A DNA stretch of 64,000 nucleotides, taken from the NCBI GenBank assembly GCA_965227295.1, contig OZ245742.1, positions 4,384,001 through 4,448,000 of the forward strand. Reading direction: 5' to 3'. Below, one piece after another: positions 28,996-37,936 of this stretch. Every line of letters begins with the position of its first letter. Position 1 is the first letter of the stretch. The translations under genes and the position numbers were made by a program. The notes beneath the pieces are model-generated. The model was not told where the DNA came from and did not search any database. It saw only the letters and a list, made by a program, of their open reading frames with translations. Source of the DNA: Leptonemataceae bacterium. GTDB taxonomy: Bacteria; Spirochaetota; Leptospiria; Leptospirales; Leptonemataceae.

Positions 28996-31900
28996 ATGTA
29001 TCTGTTCTTGATTGCAATCAGTTTTCTGGGCTCCATTGCCTTCAGTCTGTTCCTGCGCCGCATGGAACGGCCGGCGGCCCGGGAGACTCAGCTCAAACGC
29101 CTGGCCGAGATGCAGGAAAACCGCCTGGAGAACCTGGCCGGCCGGCATATTCAAAGCATCCAGGACGCCATCCTCGACTACGATCTCCTGCTCCGCCAGT
29201 CCCACAGCGTCCGCGAGGAACTGGGCCAGGGCATCGAGGCGTATCGGGAGAGCATGGCCGAGATCCGCAAGGAGCGCGAGCTCATCGACGACATCTCCAA
29301 CGAACTCGCCGAGATCGCCGGCAGTGCGCGTTCCGTCGGCGATCAGGTGGAGCGCCTGGATCGCGGCCTGGAACGGTTGTCCCTCGCCGAGAACGAAATG
29401 GCCGAAATCCACGAACGCCTGGGGGAACTGGGCGCCACGGTGGAAAAACGCGGCCAGGAATCCGAGGCGACCCTGGCGGACGTCATCTCCCGTTTGATTC
29501 GCGAGACCGAAGAACGCACGCGCAGCCTCACCGAAAACGCTCGTTCCTCGTTTCAAATCTTACAGGACGAGTACAAAGAACTCGAAACGCGCCTGGACGA
29601 TCAGTCCCGGGACAGCGAGATCCTGGGCGAACGCGTCGGGGCCATTGCCAATCGCTTCGAAGAAAAGTGGCTCAGCGAAACGAATCGCATCGAAGAGCGC
29701 CTGGGTGCGGCGGAGCGTAAGTTTACGGAACGCCTCTCCAGCATGGAAGATGGCCTGGCCGGCATCCGCAACAACGCCGTGGAATCCCTGCAGAGCGAAA
29801 TCAAACGCATGCGCGACGACCTTGAAGACTTCAACCTCGAAGCCGTCAGCCGCCGGGACGAAATTCTGAACGAGACCCGCCGCATGGCCGAGGGCATGCA
29901 GGATCAGGTCAAGGCCTTCCAGGAGAACTACCTCTCCGCGGAGAATCGGCTCATCAAAGACGCCGAGCACTACAATCGTCAGTTGCTGGAGAAACACGAG
30001 GCCTTCGAAAATCAGTGGAACGACAGCCAGAATCATCTCCTGCGCACATTCGAAGAACGCGCCGCGGAACTCGAGGAACAGATCGGCGGCCTGCAAAACC
30101 AGGAGCACGATCGCCTGTCCGACGAGGCCGCACGCCTGCGCGAAGAGTTCAAGGAACTCGCCGGCGACGCCACCGAACGCATCGACCGCCAGGTCAATCA
30201 GGGCCAGGAACGTCTGCGGGAATTCCAGCGCGAAGAAGAACGCGATCTGCAAAACGCTCGCGACGAACTCTCGGGTCTCCGCGACAACCTGAACATGCTC
30301 GGCCACGAGATGAAGGCGTCCCTGCGCAGTGAGATGGAACACAGCATCGCCCTCATCAAAGACGCGCGCAAGACCGAAGAAGAACAGTTCACCCGCAGTC
30401 GGGCCGAGCTGGAAGGCTTCCGCCAGGAACTGAACGATCGCATTGACCGCGTGGAGGAACAGTTCCGTGAGGTCTCGCGCATCCGCGGGAAGCTCGAAGA
30501 GTACGGCGACAAACTCCGCGACGAACTGCAGGAGATCAGCGCGGCCCAGGAAAACTATTTCCGCAAAAAAAGCGAGGAGATGCTCGGCGAACAGAGCGAG
30601 GTACTCGCGAATCTCAAAGAGAAATTCCGCCACGAGGTCGAAGGCCGCATCGACGAACTCGAAGGCAACGTCGGTGAAGCCGCGGAACACGTCGAGGATC
30701 GCCTGCGCGAGTTCGAGAAGAGTCGCAAGGGTCTCGACGCCGACATCGAACGCTTCCGCAGTGAACTGGACAAACGCCAGGCCGGCCTGCACGGCGAACA
30801 GCAAATGCTGCACGAGGAACTGCGCAGCACCGCACGGCACTTCCAGGAAGAACTGGAATCCCAATCCGAAGAACTGCGCGGCGAACAGGAACAAATCCGC
30901 GAGCACATGGACACCCTGCTCGCTCGCGCCGAGACGGAACTCGACAAACGCCTGCAACGCGGCTTCGAATCGCGCATGGCCGAGTACGAAGAGAGCGTCA
31001 AAGAAATCCAGCGCATCAAGGACCGCGTGGAAGATCACGTGGAGCGCGTGCGCAAAGAAATTCTGGAAGCCCGGGACGGCAGCGTCGAACAACTGGAAAA
31101 ACGCGCCGCGAAGTTCCTGGACGAGCAGGACGAAAAACTCGCCCGGCTCTCCGAGGACATCGACGAGAAGATCTCCGAACAACTCATGTCTCTCGCCGAC
31201 CAGGGCCAACTGCAACTGGCCGAACTGGAAAAACGTACGCACAAGACCATCGAGGCTTCGGTGGAACGTCTCGAAGGCGACCTGGAAGCGGCCGGCCGCG
31301 AGTTCCATCAACTCCGCGAGGACATTGCCGCGGAAATGCAGCAGGCTCGCGCGCTGAAAGACGAGGTCATCGGTGAGATCGAACGTGACGGTGTCCGTCT
31401 GCAGAAGTTCCGCGAACAACTGGAGATGGTGGACACGGCCGAGGACCTGATCAATCGCCTGGACGAAACCCTGGAAGTCCTCACCGGTCGCCTGGACCTG
31501 GCGCGCGAGGAAAACGCGAAGCTCGACGAGTACGTGCGCAACTTCGAAGAGGTGCGCGTCAATCGCAAAGAGCTCGAAAGCGAACTGCGCATGCTCGAAG
31601 GCCAGCGCGAACGACTGACCCAGGCGGAGCAGTACTTCCACGACGTCGAGAAACAACTGGAAGATCTACACGTGCGGCTGGGCGACATCGACCGGGCGCA
31701 GGACGTGGCCGGCAAAATCGAAAAACGCATTACGCAGTTCAACGAGTTCAAAGAGAGCTTCGAGAAGTACTACGCCGAGCTGGGGGACCGTCGCAAGTTC
31801 ATCGAGAACGCCGTGCGGCACATCGAGAACTCAAAGAACCAGGCCCGGGACGCCGGCGAGACCGCCGAAAAACTCGTACAGAAGGTCGAACGCGCCGAGC

Positions 31901-32421
31901 TGCGCCAGGATCACATGCAGGAGAACATTCAATCCCTGGAGAGCCGCGCCAATCGCCTGAGCGGCCTCGAGAAAGAGATGCAGCGCGTCGAAGCGCGCTT
32001 CGAACAAATGGACGGCCTGCTCATCGATCTCGAAGAAAAACAGAAGCAGATCCACGCCATGGGCAAACGCATCGAGGAGATGCGTGAGAGCGGCGACGAC
32101 GTTCGCCAGGAACTCGAATCCCTGGTGGGCGAGGCGGACGAGAAGATGGACCGGCTCACCGCGTTCTACCAGACCGTCGACGCCCTGCTGGACGAGGCTG
32201 CGCGATTTGACTCGACCGGCGCGGAGTTCTCTGAAAATCTGGCCCCGATTCAGAAAGGACGCGGCAAAGCTGCGAACGGTAAGGCACCGGTACCGGAGCA
32301 CAAACGCAACGGCATCCTGAGTCTGTATTTGAATCACAAGTGGGACGCGGATCTCATCGCCGAACGCATGAAGATTGATCCGTCCGTCGTGCGGGCCGTG
32401 ATTTCCAGTCACAGCAAGTAA
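28996..32421 (+). CDS. Membrane-anchored long coiled-coil protein (SpiroCoCo-like)
   Basis: N-terminal TM helix, over 1000 aa of E/R/L heptads, short C-terminal HTH-like end (WDADLIAERMKIDPSVV). Confidence 0.8.
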   Translation: MYLFLIAISFLGSIAFSLFLRRMERPAARETQLKRLAEMQENRLENLAGRHIQSIQDAILDYDLLLRQSHSVREELGQGIEAYRESMAEIRKERELIDDISNELAEIAGSARSVGDQVERLDRGLERLSLAENEMAEIHERLGELGATVEKRGQESEATLADVISRLIRETEERTRSLTENARSSFQILQDEYKELETRLDDQSRDSEILGERVGAIANRFEEKWLSETNRIEERLGAAERKFTERLSSMEDGLAGIRNNAVESLQSEIKRMRDDLEDFNLEAVSRRDEILNETRRMAEGMQDQVKAFQENYLSAENRLIKDAEHYNRQLLEKHEAFENQWNDSQNHLLRTFEERAAELEEQIGGLQNQEHDRLSDEAARLREEFKELAGDATERIDRQVNQGQERLREFQREEERDLQNARDELSGLRDNLNMLGHEMKASLRSEMEHSIALIKDARKTEEEQFTRSRAELEGFRQELNDRIDRVEEQFREVSRIRGKLEEYGDKLRDELQEISAAQENYFRKKSEEMLGEQSEVLANLKEKFRHEVEGRIDELEGNVGEAAEHVEDRLREFEKSRKGLDADIERFRSELDKRQAGLHGEQQMLHEELRSTARHFQEELESQSEELRGEQEQIREHMDTLLARAETELDKRLQRGFESRMAEYEESVKEIQRIKDRVEDHVERVRKEILEARDGSVEQLEKRAAKFLDEQDEKLARLSEDIDEKISEQLMSLADQGQLQLAELEKRTHKTIEASVERLEGDLEAAGREFHQLREDIAAEMQQARALKDEVIGEIERDGVRLQKFREQLEMVDTAEDLINRLDETLEVLTGRLDLAREENAKLDEYVRNFEEVRVNRKELESELRMLEGQRERLTQAEQYFHDVEKQLEDLHVRLGDIDRAQDVAGKIEKRITQFNEFKESFEKYYAELGDRRKFIENAVRHIENSKNQARDAGETAEKLVQKVERAELRQDHMQENIQSLESRANRLSGLEKEMQRVEARFEQMDGLLIDLEEKQKQIHAMGKRIEEMRESGDDVRQELESLVGEADEKMDRLTAFYQTVDALLDEAARFDSTGAEFSENLAPIQKGRGKAANGKAPVPEHKRNGILSLYLNHKWDADLIAERMKIDPSVVRAVISSHSK

Positions 32422-32448
32422 CAGGAAACTGTCGGACATCAAAGTAAC

Positions 32449-33069
32449 GTGGGAATTCTCGAACGCAAAGAACGAGAGAAGGCCGAGCGCCGTCGTTCCA
32501 TCCTGTCCGCTGCCCGGGAGCTCATCCAGGAAAAGACCTTCGAAGAGATCACCATGGAGGATCTCGCCAAACGCCTGGAGCTGTCCCGGGCCACGCTCTA
32601 CCTCTACTTTCGCAACAAGAGCGAGATCTACACCACCCTGCTCGTCGAAGGCATGGAAGAACTCGAACAGGGCTACGCAAAGGTTCTGGGCAAGAGCGGC
32701 AAAAAACCGCTGGAGAAACTTACCGGTTTCGCCCTGGTCTTCTTTGAGTTCTACAATAAGAACCACCAGTTCTTTGACCTCATCGTCACCAAACGCCACG
32801 AATTGCGCAAGGAGATCGGCGACGAAGTCCTCCAGGAACTGGAGCGCGCCGGCGAGAACGTCATTCGGCCGCTGGTAAACGTCTATGCCGAGGGCGTGGA
32901 GGCCGGCGAGTTCCCGGAGTTTCCGCCGGAAAAAATGGCCTGGATGATGCGCGCCATCGCCATCGGTTTCGCCGTGGGCATTCGGGAAGGAAAGATCAAA
33001 ATGCCCGAGGATCTCCAGATCGCGCAACACCTGCTCCTCTACGGCCTGCACGGGCACAAGCACAAGTAA
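32449..33069 (+). CDS. TetR/AcrR family regulator
   Basis: ILSAARELI...ITMEDLAKRLELSRATLYLYFRNK. Confidence 0.93.
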   Translation: MGILERKEREKAERRRSILSAARELIQEKTFEEITMEDLAKRLELSRATLYLYFRNKSEIYTTLLVEGMEELEQGYAKVLGKSGKKPLEKLTGFALVFFEFYNKNHQFFDLIVTKRHELRKEIGDEVLQELERAGENVIRPLVNVYAEGVEAGEFPEFPPEKMAWMMRAIAIGFAVGIREGKIKMPEDLQIAQHLLLYGLHGHKHK

Positions 33070-33096
33070 ACCGCGCCACGACTCAGCGCTTCCTGC

Positions 33097-33393
33097 ATGC
33101 AGTACTCCATCGGTCAGATCATCCGTCACCGTCGCTACGGCTACCGCGGCGTCGTCTTCGGCCGCGATCATACGTTCCAGCACGACGAGGCCTGGTACTG
33201 GAGCAACCGCACGCAACCGAATCGCGACCAGCCGTGGTATCACGTCCTGGTCGACGGCGCTTCGCACACTACCTACGTTGCCGAAGAAAACCTGGACGTG
33301 GACTCCGAGGACGAACCCGTGGATCATCCGCTCATCCGCCGCTTTTTTGCGGGCCGGCATGCGGGTATGTACTACGCGAACTCACTCAACTGA
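33097..33393 (+). CDS. hspQ: HspQ/YccV hemimethylated-DNA-binding family protein
   Basis: IGQIIRHRRYGYRGV, QPWYHVLV, YVAEENL, HP. Confidence 0.9.
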   Translation: MQYSIGQIIRHRRYGYRGVVFGRDHTFQHDEAWYWSNRTQPNRDQPWYHVLVDGASHTTYVAEENLDVDSEDEPVDHPLIRRFFAGRHAGMYYANSLN

Positions 33394-33406
33394 GACGGCT
33401 GCCGGC

Positions 33407-34139
33407 ACCAGCTGTACCCAAAAAAGTGTTAATGTACACTGGCCGCTACTTACGCCACGACTCGGGGCGTGCTCGAACGAATAAAACTTTCCGGTAATTC
33501 AAGAGCTGCGGTTCACGGCGTTTGTCGTGCGAATCATAAGGTAAGTTGTGAAATATTGCAGGGGTTGATTTGGCTACGGCTTTGCGGGAGTTGTGGATTT
33601 TCGTTTTGATAAGAACACTGAGTTCGACCCGGACGCTGGTTGTGCGCTTCGGCTATCGCGACGTTTCTTGCGACGAAGACGCCGTTCCGGTGCGCCCTAC
33701 CACGTCCCCCGGCATAACCTCCGTTCATCTGCTGGAACCAGCTGTACCCAAAAAAGGGTTAATGTACACTGGCCGCTACTTACGCCACGACTCGGGGCGT
33801 GCTCGAACGAATAAAACTTTCCGGTAGAGCAAGAGCTGCGGTTCGCTGCGTTGACCGGAATGAATATGAAGTATGTTGCAGCATAGTGAAGGGGATCTTT
33901 TGGCTACGGCGAAGCGGGAGTTGTGGATTTTCGTTTTGATAAGAACGCTGCGTTCGACCCGGACGTCGGTTTGTGACTCAGCAACTGTAGCGTCTATTGC
34001 GAAGAAGACGCCGTTCCGGTGCGCCGTACCACATTCCCCGGCATGACCTCCGTGGTCGCCTGGAACCAGCTGTACCCAAAAAAGTGTTAATCCAAACTGG
34101 CCTCAACTTACACCACGATTCGTGGCGTGATCGAACGAA
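33407..34139 (+). repeat. Tandem non-coding direct repeat: about 2.2 units (330 bp, 328 bp, then a partial unit)
   Basis: ACCAGCTGTACCCAAAAAAG begins at 33407, 33737 and 34065. Confidence 0.95.
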
Positions 34140-34273
34140 CCCCGTTGGAAATCGCGACACTCATTTCCAACGCTGAACGCAAGCCCCTCTACAATCTCAT
34201 CAGCAATCCGTCGCTCTCTCATCCGATGTACCAATCGATCCAAAAGACCGATGGCTGCGCCGCCCGGGACCCC

Positions 34274-34356
34274 TGACGCCATGTCATAAAATTTCCCCGC
34301 GCCGCCCATTTTTATTGACACCGCGTCAGTGACGTGCTGTCACTGACGTAGCGTCA
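34274..34356. promoter_or_regulatory. Four TGAC-N5-GTCA operator-like boxes overlapping a TTGACA -35 hexamer upstream of glpD
   Basis: Boxes start at 34274, 34316, 34330 and 34344; TTGACA at 34315-34320. Confidence 0.7.
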
Positions 34357-34359
34357 GAA

Positions 34360-34375
34360 TGTAGGAACTCCTACA
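34360..34375. repeat. 16-bp palindrome TGTAGGA-AC-TCCTACA
   Basis: Second copy at 13390-13405. Confidence 0.7.
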
Positions 34376-34376
34376 C

Positions 34377-36065
34377 ATGGCGCGGGAGACCCGCATGGCC
34401 GCCAGAACCCAATACGCCCGCACTCAATCCCCCCGGCAGTGCCGGAGCCTCAGCCCGCTCCCCGCCACAACCTACGACGTCGTGATCATCGGCGGGGGTA
34501 TCACCGGGGCCTGGACGCTCTGGGACGCCACGCTGCGGGGGCTCAAGGCCCTGCTGGTCGAGCGGAACGACTACGCCTCGGGCACCACCCAGGCCACATC
34601 GAAGCTCATTCACGGCGGCCTGCGCTACCTCAAGAACGGTGAGATCGGACTGGTCCGGGAGTCCCTGCGCGAGCGGCGGACGCTGGCCCGGCTGGCCCCC
34701 CACGCGCTCCGGCCGGAGGCCTTTCTGTTTCCCATCTACCGCAACCGGGGCATCGGCCGCTTCAAGATGGGCGCGGCCCTCACGATCTACGACATCCTGG
34801 GCTACGACCGCAACCGCGGCGTCGACGCCGAGCACCAGCTCCCCGCCGCCCGCCATCTTTCACGCACGGAGACCCTGGCCGAGGAATCGGGTCTGGACTT
34901 CCGTGATCTCAAAGGCTCGTTCGTGTACTACGACTACGCCAACCTGAATCCGGAGCGCCTCTGCGTGGAGATCATCAGCGCCGCCCGGGAACGCGGTGCC
35001 AGGGTACGCAACTATGTAGAAGCCGGGCGCATCGAACGCCAGGCCGACGAAAGCTATGCCGTGGAAATCAACGATCGACTCAGCGGTGAGACAGCTACCG
35101 TCCGCGGTCGCACGGTGGTGAACGCCGGCGGTCCCTGGGCCGACTACCTGGATCGCCGCCTCACCGGCCGCCTGGACTATCAACACAAGACAATCATTCG
35201 TTCGAAGGGCATTCACCTGGTCACGCGGCGCTTTGTGCATGACAAAACCGTCGTCCTCATGAAAGAGGACAACACGCATCTGTTCGTCATCCCCTGGCGC
35301 GGCAAGGCGCTCATCGGCACCACGGACACGCGCTACGACCGTCATCCCGACGACTTCGCCGTCACCACCGAAGACGCACAGTCCGTGCTCGCGGACGTGA
35401 ACCGGCTCTTCCCGGACGCCGATCTCGCGCTCCACGACATCGAGTATTTTTACGGCGGCCTCCGCCCGCTCGTGGACGACGGCGGTTCTTCCTACGACGC
35501 ATCCCGGCGCACCGAGATCGTCCACCACGATGAGAACGGGCACGCCGGTTTCTTCACGGCCCTCGGCGGTAAATATACGACCAGCCGACATTTAGCCGAA
35601 CAGCTCCTGGATCGCATCTGCGAGTACCTGCCGGGTTCCTTCTCAGCCTGCACCACGGAACACACGCCCCTCCCCGGCGGCGACTTCGCGTCACTCACCG
35701 AACTTAGCGAAGATCTTGGCCGGCGATATCCGAACGTGGCGCATCGCAAGTTGCGCATTCTGGCCGGGCGTTACGGCAACGAGGCGTTTCGCATTCTGGA
35801 ACGTGCCGATTCCTCCGGCGAGGTCTGGAAACTCGACAACGGGGAGCTCTACTATCCCGAAGAGATCGACTACCTGGTGGAGCATCACGAAGTGGAAAAC
35901 ATCGGCGATCTTTTGTTCCGTCGCTCCGGCATGGGCACGGTGGGCAGGCTGCCGGAGACCGTGGAACGCAGCCTGGTCCAGCGCCTGGGCCGTCTGCGTG
36001 GTTGGAGCAAACCCGAGCAGGCCGCCGTCCGGCGCAAGTTGCGGAAACGGTACGAGTTGCAGTGA
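34377..36065 (+). CDS. glpD: FAD-dependent glycerol-3-phosphate dehydrogenase/oxidase
   Basis: DVVIIGGGITG, SKLIHGGLRYL, NAGGPWAD, GTTD, GLRPL, GGKYTT; start uncertain. Confidence 0.92.
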   Translation: MARETRMAARTQYARTQSPRQCRSLSPLPATTYDVVIIGGGITGAWTLWDATLRGLKALLVERNDYASGTTQATSKLIHGGLRYLKNGEIGLVRESLRERRTLARLAPHALRPEAFLFPIYRNRGIGRFKMGAALTIYDILGYDRNRGVDAEHQLPAARHLSRTETLAEESGLDFRDLKGSFVYYDYANLNPERLCVEIISAARERGARVRNYVEAGRIERQADESYAVEINDRLSGETATVRGRTVVNAGGPWADYLDRRLTGRLDYQHKTIIRSKGIHLVTRRFVHDKTVVLMKEDNTHLFVIPWRGKALIGTTDTRYDRHPDDFAVTTEDAQSVLADVNRLFPDADLALHDIEYFYGGLRPLVDDGGSSYDASRRTEIVHHDENGHAGFFTALGGKYTTSRHLAEQLLDRICEYLPGSFSACTTEHTPLPGGDFASLTELSEDLGRRYPNVAHRKLRILAGRYGNEAFRILERADSSGEVWKLDNGELYYPEEIDYLVEHHEVENIGDLLFRRSGMGTVGRLPETVERSLVQRLGRLRGWSKPEQAAVRRKLRKRYELQ

Positions 36066-36136
36066 ATCAAGAGCCGCGGCTTCCGGCGTCGACCGTGAGC
36101 AACAAACGTAAGTTGTACCGGGCGTCGGTTAGCAAC

Positions 36137-36454
36137 TCAACCCCCGCAACGAGTTCCGAGACTCAACCCCTTGCAATCGTGCCACACACCGCCGTGGCAG
36201 TTCAGCCGGCATTGGCCTTTCTGACAGCGACCGTGGTAGAAGTCCCATTCTTCGCAGACGCTGCGTCCGGAAAACACGCACATGCCGCGCTGCCCGCTCG
36301 CATCTTCGACGATAACCAGCCGACCGCCGGATTCGGCGCAGTGCACCGAGGCGGGATTCGGCATCTGCGCCTGGCGGGCGTCGCTGTCATTGCAACCGGC
36401 AAAAACAAAAAACAAAAGAACGGTCGCCAGGACCTGGTAACTGAACTTTAGCAT
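36137..36454 (-). CDS. DUF333 putative hemolysin-like lipoprotein
   Basis: Lipobox FAGC; MPNPASVHC..GG...GMCVF..CEEW. Confidence 0.85.
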   Translation of the reverse strand: MLKFSYQVLATVLLFFVFAGCNDSDARQAQMPNPASVHCAESGGRLVIVEDASGQRGMCVFSGRSVCEEWDFYHGRCQKGQCRLNCHGGVWHDCKGLSLGTRCGG

Positions 36455-36471
36455 ACCTTAAGCACCACCGC

Positions 36472-37008
36472 CTACATCTGGCATTTGCTGACGTCGACGT
36501 CGCGCCAGGCCCAGAAGATGAGGCCCTGGGTAATCTCGTTCTCCACTTCCAGCAGCGTAAACTTCTTCACGTCCGGCTTGAGGCGCTCGAAAACCCAACG
36601 AAACTTCATGTCCTTCTTTGAACTGAACTTACCCGAGGAGCAACCCGGAATTCCCGAAAACGAAGTCATGCGATAGCGCCGCCCCTTTTGATCCCGGAGC
36701 AACGTGCCCCCGGGATGCGTGCATGTCGAATCCAGATTACGCGTGCGAAAATAGAATATGGAGCGATTCCCACGATTGCAGATTTGCGTGAGCGTAACCT
36801 TGCCCGGGCCCGAAAGGTACGAAACGCCGACGTGACAGCACGGGCGCTCCTCTTCTTTTTTCTCCGGCGGCTTCGGATTCGTAATCGTGGCGGACAGTGA
36901 CCCGGGCGACAGCCAGTCCGAGGACACCCCGGACGCACCGAACCAGGCCGGCACGGCGGCGAGGCCCAGAAGCACGGCAATGAATCCCGGGACCAGTTTC
37001 CGGATCAT
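36472..37008 (-). CDS. Secreted Cys-containing hypothetical protein
   Basis: Signal-like N-terminus; ATGA overlap with the upstream gene. Confidence 0.6.
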   Translation of the reverse strand: MIRKLVPGFIAVLLGLAAVPAWFGASGVSSDWLSPGSLSATITNPKPPEKKEEERPCCHVGVSYLSGPGKVTLTQICNRGNRSIFYFRTRNLDSTCTHPGGTLLRDQKGRRYRMTSFSGIPGCSSGKFSSKKDMKFRWVFERLKPDVKKFTLLEVENEITQGLIFWAWRDVDVSKCQM

Positions 37009-37475
37009 GGCGATTCGACGGCCTCCGTCGGGCGAAAGATCGCGATATTTGCCGGCCCCTCGTGGATGCGAATCTCCAGAACGCGGCCTTCGTTCGCCCG
37101 GACCGTATCGCGCAGGCCGGCGTAGAACCAGCGGGCGATGTTCTCGGACGTGGGGTTCACGCCCTGAAACTCGGAGAGATCGTTAATGCAGATGTGCTCA
37201 ATCCGTTCGATGAGCCGGTCCAGGCGCTGCCGGGCATCCAGAAAATCGTAGCTGATGCCGTCGGCGCGCGTCCCCCCGCTGGCGTGCGCCAGGAAAACCT
37301 CCACCAGCCAGGAATGGCCGTGGACCGGCTCGTCCCGGCCGTCGGGGAAGTAATTGTAGAGGTAGTGCGAGGACTCGAACCGTCCCTCAATGCGCACCAT
37401 AAAACGCCCGGGGAGATCGAAGAAGCCGGAGACGTCAGCCGCCAGCTCCGGATGGGCGTCGAGTTCCATGTTCAT
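37005..37475 (-). CDS. 6-pyruvoyltetrahydropterin synthase family, PTPS-III type (ExxHGH)
   Basis: FESSHYL...DEPVHGHSW, DF, NPTSENIA, IHEG; no catalytic Cys before HGH. Confidence 0.8.
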   Translation of the reverse strand: MNMELDAHPELAADVSGFFDLPGRFMVRIEGRFESSHYLYNYFPDGRDEPVHGHSWLVEVFLAHASGGTRADGISYDFLDARQRLDRLIERIEHICINDLSEFQGVNPTSENIARWFYAGLRDTVRANEGRVLEIRIHEGPANIAIFRPTEAVESP

Positions 37476-37659
37476 ATACGATGAAAAAGTCCGGCCGCTC
37501 GCCGATGGCAAGTCCAGAATTTGTGTATGATTTTGCCTTGACGCGGGCAGGAAATGCGCTTTCTCTGAAATCGTAGATTCAACCGTCGCAGGTTTCCCGC
37601 TCCGGCTCATTATTCCGGAGGGCGATTTTTCGAAACCACGGACGGCCGGAGAATTCCAA

Positions 37660-37896
37660 ATGTCCGAAGTGCAAACCGAAACAAAAACATCCGAAAAGAA
37701 ATTCGAGCCCGGCATGACCGTCGGCGAAGCCATGAAGCTGCACCCGGAAGCCGCCCTCGTTTTTTCCAGCTATCACCTGGGCGGCTGCTCACACTGCTCC
37801 ATCAACGAAATGGAAACCATTGAGCAGGTCTGCATGGGCTACGGCGTACCCATCGATCAACTGATCGACAGCCTCAATAACCTGCTGGATGATTGA
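37660..37896 (+). CDS. DUF1858 / CxxC small redox-domain protein
   Basis: MTVGEAMKLHP...GCSHC..ETIEQ. Confidence 0.8.
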   Translation: MSEVQTETKTSEKKFEPGMTVGEAMKLHPEAALVFSSYHLGGCSHCSINEMETIEQVCMGYGVPIDQLIDSLNNLLDD

Positions 37897-37936
37897 AACG
37901 AATTTCTAGCGGCGCTGCCGAAACCGGGGCCGCTGT

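Noticed and set aside
28881..29063. 60-aa ORF and a dif-like GCGACATAAT in the AT-rich spacer
   Set aside because: The ORF overlaps the start of the coiled-coil gene and has no motif; the XerD arm (TTATGTTAAAT) is absent.
29560..31656. 698-aa antisense ORF (also 60871-62721, 20786-22531, 38291-39667, 31831-33360, 27542-28876, 11995-13068)
   Set aside because: Shadow ORFs opposite well-supported genes, expected in GC-rich DNA; no recognisable motifs.
33407..34139. CRISPR array or protein-coding interpretation of the tandem repeat
   Set aside because: Units are about 330 bp, the variable segments are homologous to each other rather than unique spacers, and no cas genes are present. The ORFs (33570, 33593 etc.) are interrupted by stops in other copies, although a few apparently synonymous changes occur in the KNAAFDPD frame.
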